Below are positions 34,273 through 43,280 of a DNA stretch of 64,000 nt, piece by piece. This stretch comes from Macrostomum lignano. Its lineage: Eukaryota. A program made the position numbers and the translations under genes. The notes under the pieces were generated by a model. It saw nothing but the letters and a program-made list of their open reading frames with translations, was not told the origin of the DNA and made no database searches. The stretch lies in assembly GCA_002269645.1 (NCBI GenBank), contig NIVC01002498.1, positions 62,001 to 126,000 on the forward strand. Reading direction: 5' to 3'. Numbering within the stretch: position 1 is the stretch's first letter; every line of letters starts with the position of its first letter.

Positions 34273-34684
34273 GTGAGCTCTAAAACAGTTGTTCAACTCT
34301 GCCGCACTTTCACTGTGCAGGGACAGAGAGGTGAGCTCTAAAACAGTTGTTCAACTCTGCCGCACTTTCACTGTGCAGGGACAGAGAGGTGAGCTCTAAA
34401 ACAGTTGTTCAACTCTGCCGCACTTTCACTGTGCAGGGACAGAGAGGTGAGCTCTAAAACAGTTGTTCAACTCTGCCGCACTTTCACTGTGCAGGGACAG
34501 AGAGGTGAGCTCTAAAACAGTTGTTCAACTCTGCCGCACTTTCACTGTGCAGGGACAGAGAGGTGAGCTCTAAAACAGTTGTTCAACTCTGCCGCACTTT
34601 CACTGTGCAGGGACAGAGAGGTGAGCTCTAAAACAGTTGTTCAACTCTGCCGCACTTTAATGTGCAGGGACAGAGAGGTGGGCT
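34218..34684 (+). repeat. 58-bp tandem array (8 copies) at the inner end of the left TIR
   Basis: Unit GAGCTCTAAAACAGTTGTTCAACTCTGCCGCACTTTCACTGTGCAGGGACAGAGAGGT; period 58; no spacers. Confidence 0.95.
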
Positions 34685-34831
34685 CAAGGCGCACTGGCAT
34701 TGTTAATAAATGAGCAATAAACTTTGTAACGGGTTGTGTGGCTGATGCCGACGAGCAGCCGCTGCTTGATGCCGAATAAGCAAAAAAGAAGTGGGTGCTC
34801 ATTCTGACACCCACCCCACTCCGCTTTGAGG

Positions 34832-34840
34832 GTATATAAG
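34832..34840 (+). promoter_or_regulatory. Candidate TATA box upstream of the PC4-like gene
   Basis: GTATATAAG ~90 bp upstream of the ATG at 34924; the same 9-mer occurs at 41795. Confidence 0.4.
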
Positions 34841-34923
34841 CCCCCGATTTTTAAATTCAACGGTAAATCTATTTTTTTCTTGAATTCGATTTCACAAGTT
34901 TTCGAAGTGATTTTGTGTGAACT

Positions 34924-35655
34924 ATGGATATTAGTGAAGGTTACAGAGTGCAGGTGCAAGAATTCGAAGGCCAGAAATACATCGCGATCAGGAAGTTTTA
35001 CCGACATGGCAGCACAGCAAGCCTCAAGCCTGGTGTTCCTGGTTTCAACTTGAATGTGCAGCAGTGGACGAAGCTAAAGGAGTTAAAGCGCTCCCTGGTG
35101 AAGTCGGCTCTGAACAACGAGCTCAAGGTCATCAAGCTGGGCTTCGACAAATTTGTTCAAGTCAAGGATGGCCTCATCTGGCTGAAGCGGCTGCCTGAGG
35201 ACTGCTGTGATGAATTTATGAAGCGCAACACCGTGCCGCTGTCTCCGAGGCTCTGGCAGAAGCTGTGGCAGACTTCGGACTGGATAGACCAGCAGCTATC
35301 AGAGCCCTACCAAGGTGCGGGGGCGAAGTACGAGCTGAGCTCATCCGAAGATGAGGACGAAGACGCCACCCTCATACTGCCGGTCAAGACTGAGGCTGCT
35401 GAAGGCGAGGAGGAGGTCGGCTCACCATCGGAGCTGACAACCGACATCGAGGCTGTGACTTCCACACCTTTGGCCAGAGCCGGCACATCGACTGGGAACA
35501 TCCCGGCGGAGGACACGGACCTACAGCAGGATCCGGTGTGGTACCGATTCCGGGCTCATGCCGCTGAGGTGGAGAACAATCGGAAGCGGAAACTGCCATA
35601 TCCTCTGCGCAGGCAGGAGACAATGAAGGTGTCTAAGCTGCGTTTTGAAGACTGA
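34924..35655 (+). CDS. Polinton PC4-like ssDNA-binding protein (probably two tandem PC4 domains plus an acidic tail)
   Basis: YRVQVQEFEGQKYIAIRKFY...LKPGVPGFNLNVQQWTKLK matches the PC4 domain. Intact 243-aa ORF; AATAAA at ~35943. Confidence 0.85.
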   Translation: MDISEGYRVQVQEFEGQKYIAIRKFYRHGSTASLKPGVPGFNLNVQQWTKLKELKRSLVKSALNNELKVIKLGFDKFVQVKDGLIWLKRLPEDCCDEFMKRNTVPLSPRLWQKLWQTSDWIDQQLSEPYQGAGAKYELSSSEDEDEDATLILPVKTEAAEGEEEVGSPSELTTDIEAVTSTPLARAGTSTGNIPAEDTDLQQDPVWYRFRAHAAEVENNRKRKLPYPLRRQETMKVSKLRFED

Positions 35656-36024
35656 GCTGGAGGTTGGATGAGACTGATGAGACTCAAAGGATAATTCAGT
35701 TTGGTTTGCCTTTGTCTAATTTTATTCAGCTAAGTTAAGTTTTGACAATTGTCGTAACCGTTTAGTCTTATTTATTCAGGTGTTAACAAACCAAGTTTAT
35801 ACTTAAATGCATGCAATTTATACTTATTTGCACTACTCAGTGTTACTATTTCCTGCAATCTTCTTTTCAAGATCACCAACTGTTCGCAGTCCCTAACTTA
35901 AAAAAAATATAATAAGTGTACGCTGTATGAGTTTAATATTGGAATAAAACCTGTCTTTTAAAACGCCAATCGTTGCTCTTAAGAAAAACATACCTGTGTA
36001 CATCTGGTTCTTTTTCATTTGAGA

Positions 36025-37091
36025 ATGGAAAATATTTACTTTGACCCACAACAGCCGGCTAGTTTTTCTAGTGCTTCCAAACTGTTGAATGAAGTTAGGA
36101 GAAGAGGAGATCGCAAATCCACTAAGTGCATAGAACAGTGGCTCAGTGAGCAGCCAGTGCACACCCTACACAAGCCAGCTAGAAGGCGATATCCAAGGGC
36201 CCCAATCATAGTGCGGGCTATCGATGATCAGTGGGAACTTGACTTGGTAGAAATGATTCCATTCGCAAAGTATAATAAAGGCTACAAATATATTCTTACA
36301 TGTATTGACGTACTGTCAAAGTGTGCTTGGGCCAAGGCACTGAAAAATAAAACTGCTACAGAAGTGAAGTCAGCATTCGAGAGCATACTGAGAAGTTCAA
36401 AGCGCCAGCCACGCACAGTTCGCACAGATCAGGGGAAGGAATTTATCAACTCCACTTTCCGTCAATACTGCATTGACAGAGGGATTCTGGCTTTCCCAAC
36501 TAACAGCGAGCAGAAGGCGGCTGTCATTGAGCGATGGAATCGGACTCTGAAAAGTAGAATGTGGCGCTACTTCACCTACAAGAGCACACTGCACTGGCTT
36601 GATGTGCTGCCTAAGCTGGTAAAATCTACAACAATACCTATCACAGAAGCATCAAAATGGCACCCACTAGTGTCTGCAAAGAGAATGAATCTGAAGTGTG
36701 GATGAACCTGTACGACGGAAAAGCAGTCGAGACTCTAGAAAAATTAAGGAAGCCTAAATTCGCTGAAAACCAGTCAGTGAGAATTTCCAATGCTCCACGG
36801 CTATTCAAAAAGGGATACAAAGCGAGCTGGAGTGAGGAAGTGTACACCGTGGTGAGCAGAGCCCCAAAACATTATCCCTACATGTACAAGATTAAAGACA
36901 TGCGGGGGGAAGAGATTCGAGGACTCTTCCATGAGCACGAGCTGCAGGCTGTCCCGGACTCACAGCGGCTGTATGTGATTGAGAAGATCCTGAAAACGGA
37001 GAAGCGGAAGGGAAAAATTCGCTATCTGGTGAAGTGGGCCGGCTACGATTCGACTGGCTGGGTGGATGAAAAAGACTTAAGAAAGGTTTAG
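36025..37091 (+). CDS. Polinton retroviral-like (rve) integrase with C-terminal chromodomain; one frameshift at ~36627
   Basis: DDE motifs WELDLVEM, VRTDQGKEF and VIERWNRTLK; the second frame continues YNNTYHRSIKMAP and ends in YVIEKILK...YLVKWAGYD (chromodomain). Confidence 0.93.
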
Positions 37092-37119
37092 CTTTGGCAC
37101 ATCCCTCATCATGTAGTTT

Positions 37120-37936
37120 ATGATTATAATGCGAACTATTTTGATTAACAGTGAGCATGCTGAAGGTACTCCTAGTGACTTTAATTTTTACCTGTCTTCA
37201 CCTATTTACTTGGATCGAAATGTGGACTATGAGGCAGGTCTGGCTGAAATCCATCTGCCTGCTGCATGGTTCAATGTTGACGAGCCTTACTGCTTCACTG
37301 TCTCAGATGGAAGAGAGCATGAGGCCCTGGTTCTTCAACCCGGACGCTTTGCTAGAGTGGAGGAGCTGGTGGAGCGCCTGAATGAGCTGCTGGCCAACTC
37401 TGATTCGCTGTTCTTTGATGCGATGAGTGACAGGGAGTCTGAGATGGAGGCTGATGAGTCCGGCCTGATGGGGCGTAGTGGCAACAGGGAATTCGGTATG
37501 AAGTTCGAAATCCGCAACTCACGAACTGTGGTGCACAACAACACGCGAGAGCAGAGCTGTTTCTCCCATCCAGCAAAATTCTGCATTGGCTGGGATTTGG
37601 AAACCAGGCTGTGAAAATCCAGCCAGGGAGCCGCGTGTCCGAGCATTGCATTGGCTGTCCGCGCACCAGCTTAATCAATGTACACTGCAGTGTCGTTGAG
37701 TCAACTAATTGCAACTGGGGCTCCTTGTTGAGAACAGTTGGAATGAAAGCTGGCATTGAATGGGGCAACTATCAAACAAAAATATTTAAGAAAACAATAT
37801 TCTTCCCGATTCAACGAATCAGTCTTCTTCACAGCATTCGAGTTCAGCTGCGGGACATCTATGGTTGCCCACTGATTGCCAGACTCACAGCCCTGTTCTG
37901 CTCACAGTTCAGATTCGGGAGAAACGCATTCAATGA
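37120..37936 (+). CDS. Minor capsid protein (penton-like, single jelly-roll); frameshifted
   Basis: N-terminal DFNFYLSSPIYLD...YEAGLAEIHLPAAWFNV and C-terminal LINVHCSVVE...LLRTV...SIRVQLRDIYG are typical of Polinton minor capsid proteins. Confidence 0.75.
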
Positions 37937-38319
37937 ACTACCAGCAGCTAATCCAGCAATATTCGGGGGTGAGGACAGGACACGAAAAGCCTGCACTCTA
38001 TGGCTGTGGGAGCTTTCCGGGATCATGACATACCAGCCTCCTCCAGCGGCTACATCATTATCCTCAACGCTTAGCAATGTCAGGCGCAAAAGAAATACTG
38101 AAGCAAGTCCGAAACGATTGAAGAAGAAGAAGCGCACCCGAAAGGCAACTGGTGGCGATCGCCCAATAAGAGGTCAATGGAAGAAAGCCGAGCAAGGCTA
38201 GTAGGAAAAAGCTTAAGAATAGGAAGACGAAAGCAAAGAAGAATAGAGCAGGCGGAGGAAAGCGAAAGCAAAAAGTCAGCAAGAAAACTGTGAAACGCGT
38301 GCTCGACTCTCTGTCATAG
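37933..38319 (+). CDS. Small Lys/Arg-rich putative virion core protein; frameshifted
   Basis: Pieces MNYQQLIQQYSG...LYGCGS, LAMSGAKEILKQV and KKLKNRKTKAKKNRAGGGKRKQKVSKKTVKRVLDSLS*; lies between mCP and MCP. Confidence 0.5.
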
Positions 38320-38321
38320 AC

Positions 38322-39595
38322 ATGGCTTACGGATTCAATCCCAGACTTGATTTATTTAAAACGCCCGTTTTACAAACCTGCATTGAAAAAGCTACTTATG
38401 TTGATATTCACCCAGTTAATTCCATTACTGCAAACTCCCCCATTGAATTTGACTGCCACCAATCTGCCGATGAATACACAGATCTGCTTAATTCTTTTCT
38501 TTATATTCGCTGCCGCCTTGTGAGACTGGATGGGGGTTTGCTGAGGGAGGATGTTCGAGATGGAGATGGCATCATCACCGAGCGCAGAGACAGTGATGTG
38601 CACCCAGAAAACTTTGTTCTGTCTACAGCCTTCTCAGATGTAATTGTGAGCATTAACCAGCGAGTGGTGTCTGGTGGAGACCAACTCTATCCCTACCATG
38701 CGTACTTCAAAGCACTAATGAGCTCATCTGATGCCCAGCAACTAAAACTTTACCCAGCTGGCTTCCTGGAGCCGGACTCTGCAGCTGAAGAGCACACGGA
38801 GAGCCACAGGGAATCCCGATGGATGGAGTATGCGGGGCCCCTCTTCAGCGATGTTTTCCAGTGCCCAGTGTTTCTGCTAAGCAATCTGCACTTGCACATC
38901 AAACTGGTCCCAGCGATGGGGCCTTTGCCATCAGAACCCCGAATGTAAACAACGCGGCTTATCGCATGGAAATCTCTCACAGCATTCTGCATCTTCGCCG
39001 AGTCAAAGTGGTGCCCACATCAGCCTGGCTCACGAGCAGGGGCTGACAAACCAAAATGCACTGTATCCCATCGAGCGAACTGAAATGCAGAACTTCATCC
39101 TACCCCAGGGCATTCAATCTAAAAACATTGAAGGATTCACTCATGGAAAATTGCCGAAGTTCATCATGCTGGCCTTCGTGAGCCACCGAGCATTCAACGG
39201 TCATCATCACGCGAGTCCGTTCCAGTTCCAGAGCTTCAACCTCAGCCGGTTGGCTCTAAAGAAAGGTGGGAGACCGTGTGCCACGGCGCCTTCACACCTG
39301 AAAACAATTCCTTTGTAAGAGAATACTTGCACTACCTGAAAAGCTGTCAATCTGCAAGCAATTCGGTCCCGTGGATCCCCTACCAGCTCTTCTCCAACAA
39401 CACACGGTGTTTGCATTCGATCTCACACCAGAGAGAGCGGCTCTGTGGTACGGACAGAAGGAGGGCAACCTGCGGCTGGAGATTCGCTTCCGACAGGCTC
39501 TGGACGAAACGGTGTCCCTGATCGCTCTGTGCCTGTATGACTCGTTGATTGAGGTCACCAAGCACCGGGAGCTTTTGCTGGACTATTCCTCTTAA
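38322..39595 (+). CDS. Major capsid protein (double jelly-roll); several frameshifts
   Basis: RLDLFKTPVLQTCIE...SPIEFD...YTDLLNSFLYIR at the N-terminus; G.LPKFIMLAFV..AFNG..HASPFQF, VFAFDLTP and GNLRLEIRF...LCLYDSLIEVTKHR at the C-terminus. Confidence 0.9.
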
Positions 39596-39600
39596 TTGGC

Positions 39601-40109
39601 ATGGACGCAATTCAACTACTTAATCTCGCCAGAAAATTTTTGTCTTGCCGAAAATTTCTCATCATTACTTTACATTCACGCTATAAAAATGTTTTGCCTT
39701 TGAGTCTAAAAAGAAAATATCGATCAATTTCCTTTGAAAATAAGTTTGTTTTTGTTCTACTACAGCACAATGGTTCATTTGGTCATTGGGTGGTGTGCTA
39801 TGTTGGACAAGGAAATTGCATTGAGTGTTCAACTCCCTCGGCTGGGAACCTGAAATTTTATCTGTGGTTTATAATTTGTTTCGAGAGATTAAAACAACTG
39901 GCTTTTGGCTCCGAAGCAATATAAACAGATTTCAATGTGCTAACTCTAATAAATGCGGAATGTTTTGCATCTATTTTGCTTATCAAAAGTTTCTGTTCAA
40001 TCGGTCATTTGAGGGGATTTTGAAGCATTTGCATGCTAATGAAAAAAATCATTTGAATGATAGAATCTTACAGAGGTTTGAAGCCAACTTAAGAAAAAGA
40101 TGTGCGTGA
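39601..40109 (+). CDS. Adenain-like cysteine protease (maturation protease); frameshift at ~39830
   Basis: GHWV (catalytic His), FNSLG, and RFQCANSNKCGMFCIYF (Q...S..CG.FC, catalytic Cys). Confidence 0.85.
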
Positions 40110-40132
40110 TTTCTAATATTTATGCATTAGAC

Positions 40133-40786
40133 ATGGAAGAAAAGCGAGTTTGCTACGATATCCGCCTCAGGCAGGGAAGCTGCATGATTGTCTGCGGGCC
40201 CACCAATGCAGGAAAAACAACCTTTGTCAAACACCTGATCCAGTACAGAGACGTCATGTTTGATGTGAAGCCTGGCAGAGTTCTGTGGTACTATGGGATC
40301 TCACAGGCAGGCCATGCAGAACTGAGCAGCCTAGGTGTGCAGCTGCGCCAGGGATTTCCCACCAACATCGAGGCAGCACTTAGGCCCAATGACCTGGTTG
40401 TTTTCGATGACTTAATAGAGGAAACTTCAAACTCTGCTTCAATGCGAAATTTTTTCACAGGAATCGCACATCACTTGCCGTGCTTCTTGGTGATGCTGAC
40501 TCAGAATATATTTTTTAAGGGAAAAGAGTCGCGAACAATGAGCTTGAATGTAATGTACTTAGCTATCTTGAAAAACCCCAGAGACCAGCTGCAGATTGCA
40601 GCACTGGGCAGGCAGTGCTTTACAGAGAAGCCCGGCTTTCTGCTGTCAGTGTTCAAGCACGTGACCGCGCAGAACAGGGGAGCCTACCTGTTCCTAGACT
40701 TTCACCCATCAACTCCCGATGAGCTGCGAGTGCGGCCAGAATTTGCCCAACCAGCGACCCCATCTTGTATTTGCTTAAGAAAGTGA
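40133..40786 (+). CDS. A32/FtsK-like genome packaging ATPase
   Basis: Walker A GPTNAGKTT, Walker B LVVFDDL, plus MLTQN, RTMSLN, LKNPRD and YLFLDFHP motifs. Confidence 0.92.
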   Translation: MEEKRVCYDIRLRQGSCMIVCGPTNAGKTTFVKHLIQYRDVMFDVKPGRVLWYYGISQAGHAELSSLGVQLRQGFPTNIEAALRPNDLVVFDDLIEETSNSASMRNFFTGIAHHLPCFLVMLTQNIFFKGKESRTMSLNVMYLAILKNPRDQLQIAALGRQCFTEKPGFLLSVFKHVTAQNRGAYLFLDFHPSTPDELRVRPEFAQPATPSCICLRK

Positions 40787-40820
40787 AGCTTGTTTTTTAT
40801 CAGCTATTGTTTTCATCGCT

Positions 40821-41159
40821 ATGGAAGTGCTTGATTCACATGCAAGTCTTTTTGCGGTTCTTGCGTCACCTAAATATACCGTGCGCTTCAAGCGGCTGTT
40901 GATAAAAAATTGTCCAAAAGAAGTGCGTTATTTTCTTGTCGAGGCCTGCCATAATCTCTTACAAAACAATCTATCGTTTTCGCTCGATGAAAAAGCTGTT
41001 CTTGCAAAGTCAAAAGAGATAATTCGAAAAATTACTCACAAAAGAAGAAAGACAGACTTGTTGAAGGCTGGCTTCATTAAAATACTCCCGATTCTGCTTA
41101 AGCTGGTAAAGAAGAAGAAGCAAAATGAACAAATTTTCAGAAATGGTTCTGATTCCTAA
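40821..41159 (+). CDS. Conserved small basic Polinton protein of unknown function
   Basis: LVEACHNLLQNNLSF...KEIIRKIT...KAGFIKILPILL resembles the small ORF that commonly follows the Polinton ATPase; intact 112 aa. Confidence 0.65.
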   Translation: MEVLDSHASLFAVLASPKYTVRFKRLLIKNCPKEVRYFLVEACHNLLQNNLSFSLDEKAVLAKSKEIIRKITHKRRKTDLLKAGFIKILPILLKLVKKKKQNEQIFRNGSDS

Positions 41160-41802
41160 AGCAGAGTATGAGATGTTGATGCAGAATTTGAAGCCAAATG
41201 AGACTAGCACTGACGCTAACTTGAAGCAGGCTCAGAAGAAATGCGATGATATCTTGTATGCCGAAGATTGTCCAGAAGATGTGAAAACCACCATGTATCA
41301 AAGTGCAATGCAAAGTTTGCTGGCCAGACGCAAGCACGCTGGAAAAGAAGGAGCACGCAATACTGAAGCCAAGTTGATGAAAACAGAGACACCACAGATG
41401 AACACCTGGGATGAGAAGATCAGCAAGTCGGTGCCACAGAAATTCAAAACCAGGGCTCGCAGTCTATGGACGATCCTGTCCACCAATCCAGAGCTGATTC
41501 GAGTTTGTGAAAACGGGGAGGTGGAAATCACAGGCACGTCAATCCCTTCCTCAAACATACTGGACTTGATTCAGCACGCAGTGAGGGATTCGCCATGTGA
41601 GCGTGAACCAGTTGGCTGGAACGAGTTCATCGATTTGCTGCAGCAGAAAAAGCTTAATGTTCCGCTTTCCGCTGTTGGTAAATCAGTTAAAAAGAAAATG
41701 GCAACCAGCAGAGGGAGTGAACTGGAGAAAGAACAAGCGAGTCTAGTCAAGGGGTACGGGAGCAACACAGCCTGGCTGAAACTGCCGAAGAAAAGTATAT
41801 AA
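41125..41802 (+). CDS. Conserved Polinton protein of unknown function (225 aa)
   Basis: MVLIP N-terminus and GEVEITGTSIPSSNILDLI...PVGWNEF...NVPLSAVG block, typical of a recurrent Polinton ORF; intact. Confidence 0.7.
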   Translation: MNKFSEMVLIPKAEYEMLMQNLKPNETSTDANLKQAQKKCDDILYAEDCPEDVKTTMYQSAMQSLLARRKHAGKEGARNTEAKLMKTETPQMNTWDEKISKSVPQKFKTRARSLWTILSTNPELIRVCENGEVEITGTSIPSSNILDLIQHAVRDSPCEREPVGWNEFIDLLQQKKLNVPLSAVGKSVKKKMATSRGSELEKEQASLVKGYGSNTAWLKLPKKSI

Positions 41803-41803
41803 G
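41795..41803 (+). promoter_or_regulatory. Candidate TATA box upstream of the exonuclease-like/TBP-like module
   Basis: GTATATAAG ~45 bp upstream of the ATG at 41844. Confidence 0.35.
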
Positions 41804-41843
41804 AAGGGAAACTGACTCCGAAATTTCGAGGGAAAGCTGCATC

Positions 41844-42340
41844 ATGAACTACATTGACTTCCAAGGATTCCCGTGCAACAGCACAAGCAAAAATTTGTTG
41901 TGAAAGAGTTGGCAGTTGTTCAAGTCAGAGCGGGAAGCTACCGAATTGCTCACCATGTGTACGCACCTCCGTATCCATGGGAGAGAGTCTCCCTGACATG
42001 CGAGTTTGCTACAGACAGCTATCAAAGAGTCTGCACCAGTTTAAGTGGAGATGGAACCCGTCCGTACATGGAACTGCGGAAGACATTCTGGGATTGCCAG
42101 TGGTCCGATCTGGACAAATGGGGAAAGGAAGTCTATTTTCCTGACTGAGCTGCTTGGTAGACAGGTTTATAACCTAGAAGATTTGGGAGCACCCTCGATT
42201 GAAGATTCAGATACTGGCTGTGCAGTGAGAAATTCATTGCTGCACTACAGTTGGCTTAAGCCAAAGTTCTGCATCAACTTAAGAAGCGAGCAGTGTCCGT
42301 GGCACAGGGGCAGTGAAGTTGGCAGAAGATTTGGTGAAGA
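41844..42340 (+). CDS. DnaQ/DEDD-like exonuclease-fold Polinton protein; frameshifted
   Basis: MNYIDFQGF, FVVKELAVV, YAPPYPW and LLGRQVYNLEDLGAP pieces in successive frames; the 3' end is approximate. Confidence 0.55.
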
Positions 42341-42354
42341 AGTCAAGGATCGAA

Positions 42355-42938
42355 ATGAGTCCACCTGCAGCTACAGCCCTAAGAGTGACCAATCTGGTTG
42401 GCGGAGTGGATCTGAGACTGGATGGTGGCAGGGGCGCCCAGTGCCTCTACGGGAACTGGCTCTCAGCATGGCTCATGTGATCTACCGGCCCGTCTGGCCC
42501 CGGGTGCTCATCAAGCGGATGCGGAGTCCCAGAGTGACTCTGCTACTCTACCCTACTGGACAACTGAGCATCTGTGGCGCCAAGACCCACGCAGACGCCA
42601 AAAGGGCTGCCCGTCGCTTCGTGGCTATGCTGCATCGGAGAGTGCCGGCTCAACTGCTGCCTCCTCAAGACATTTGTGTTCGAATTAAAACTATTGCTGC
42701 TCATGGACGTTTTAAGCTCCAAAATGCGCTACCGCTTACTGAACTTGTTAAAGTTTTGCCCAAAGCCCAGTATGAACCAGAAACATTTTCAGCTTTAGTT
42801 TGTCAACTTAAGTATTGTAAATGCTTGCTTTTTCATAATGCTTCTTATATTCTAAGTGGGGCGAAATCTCTGCGTATGCTAAAATCCGACAGTTCTTCCC
42901 TGTTTCGCTCTGTTAACACACTTATGCAACTAAAATAA
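42355..42938 (+). CDS. TATA-binding protein (TBP)-like protein encoded by the Polinton; one frameshift at ~42435
   Basis: LRVTNLVGGVDL ~ LQNIVSTVNL; YRPVWPRVLIKRMRSPRVTLLLYPTGQLSICGAK...AKRAARRF ~ [34 protein letters not shown]...RLAARKY; QYEPETFSALV...CLLFHNASYILSGAKS ~ SYEPELFPGLI...LLIFVSGKVVLTGAK. Confidence 0.88.
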
Positions 42939-43280
42939 AGCACAAGAATAATCCGTCTTTAATCTTCCGACAAAATCTAACAGTAAAATTTTAATCTGTC
43001 TTGTTTACTATTTTTATTTTTTGGTTAGAAAAGATGCTAAAAAATTGTCAGCAAACTGCAACACAGCGAAAATTGATACTAATATTAAAAGAACATAGGA
43101 AAAGAAAGAAAATGAAAATGCTAACACTCATAAAAGTTAAGCAAGTTTTGAAAAAGCAGTTGCACATTAAAGAAAAGTACTATAGCATTTATGCGGACAA
43201 CATGTACATTGCGTTCCAAAAACCAAAATGCAAAGCTGAGCAAATGCTCAATTCAAAAGTACGCACTAGTCAAATGTATG

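Noticed and set aside
34218-34684. CRISPR-like array in the Polinton
   Set aside because: Units are contiguous and identical with no unique spacers, there are no cas genes, and the context is eukaryotic.
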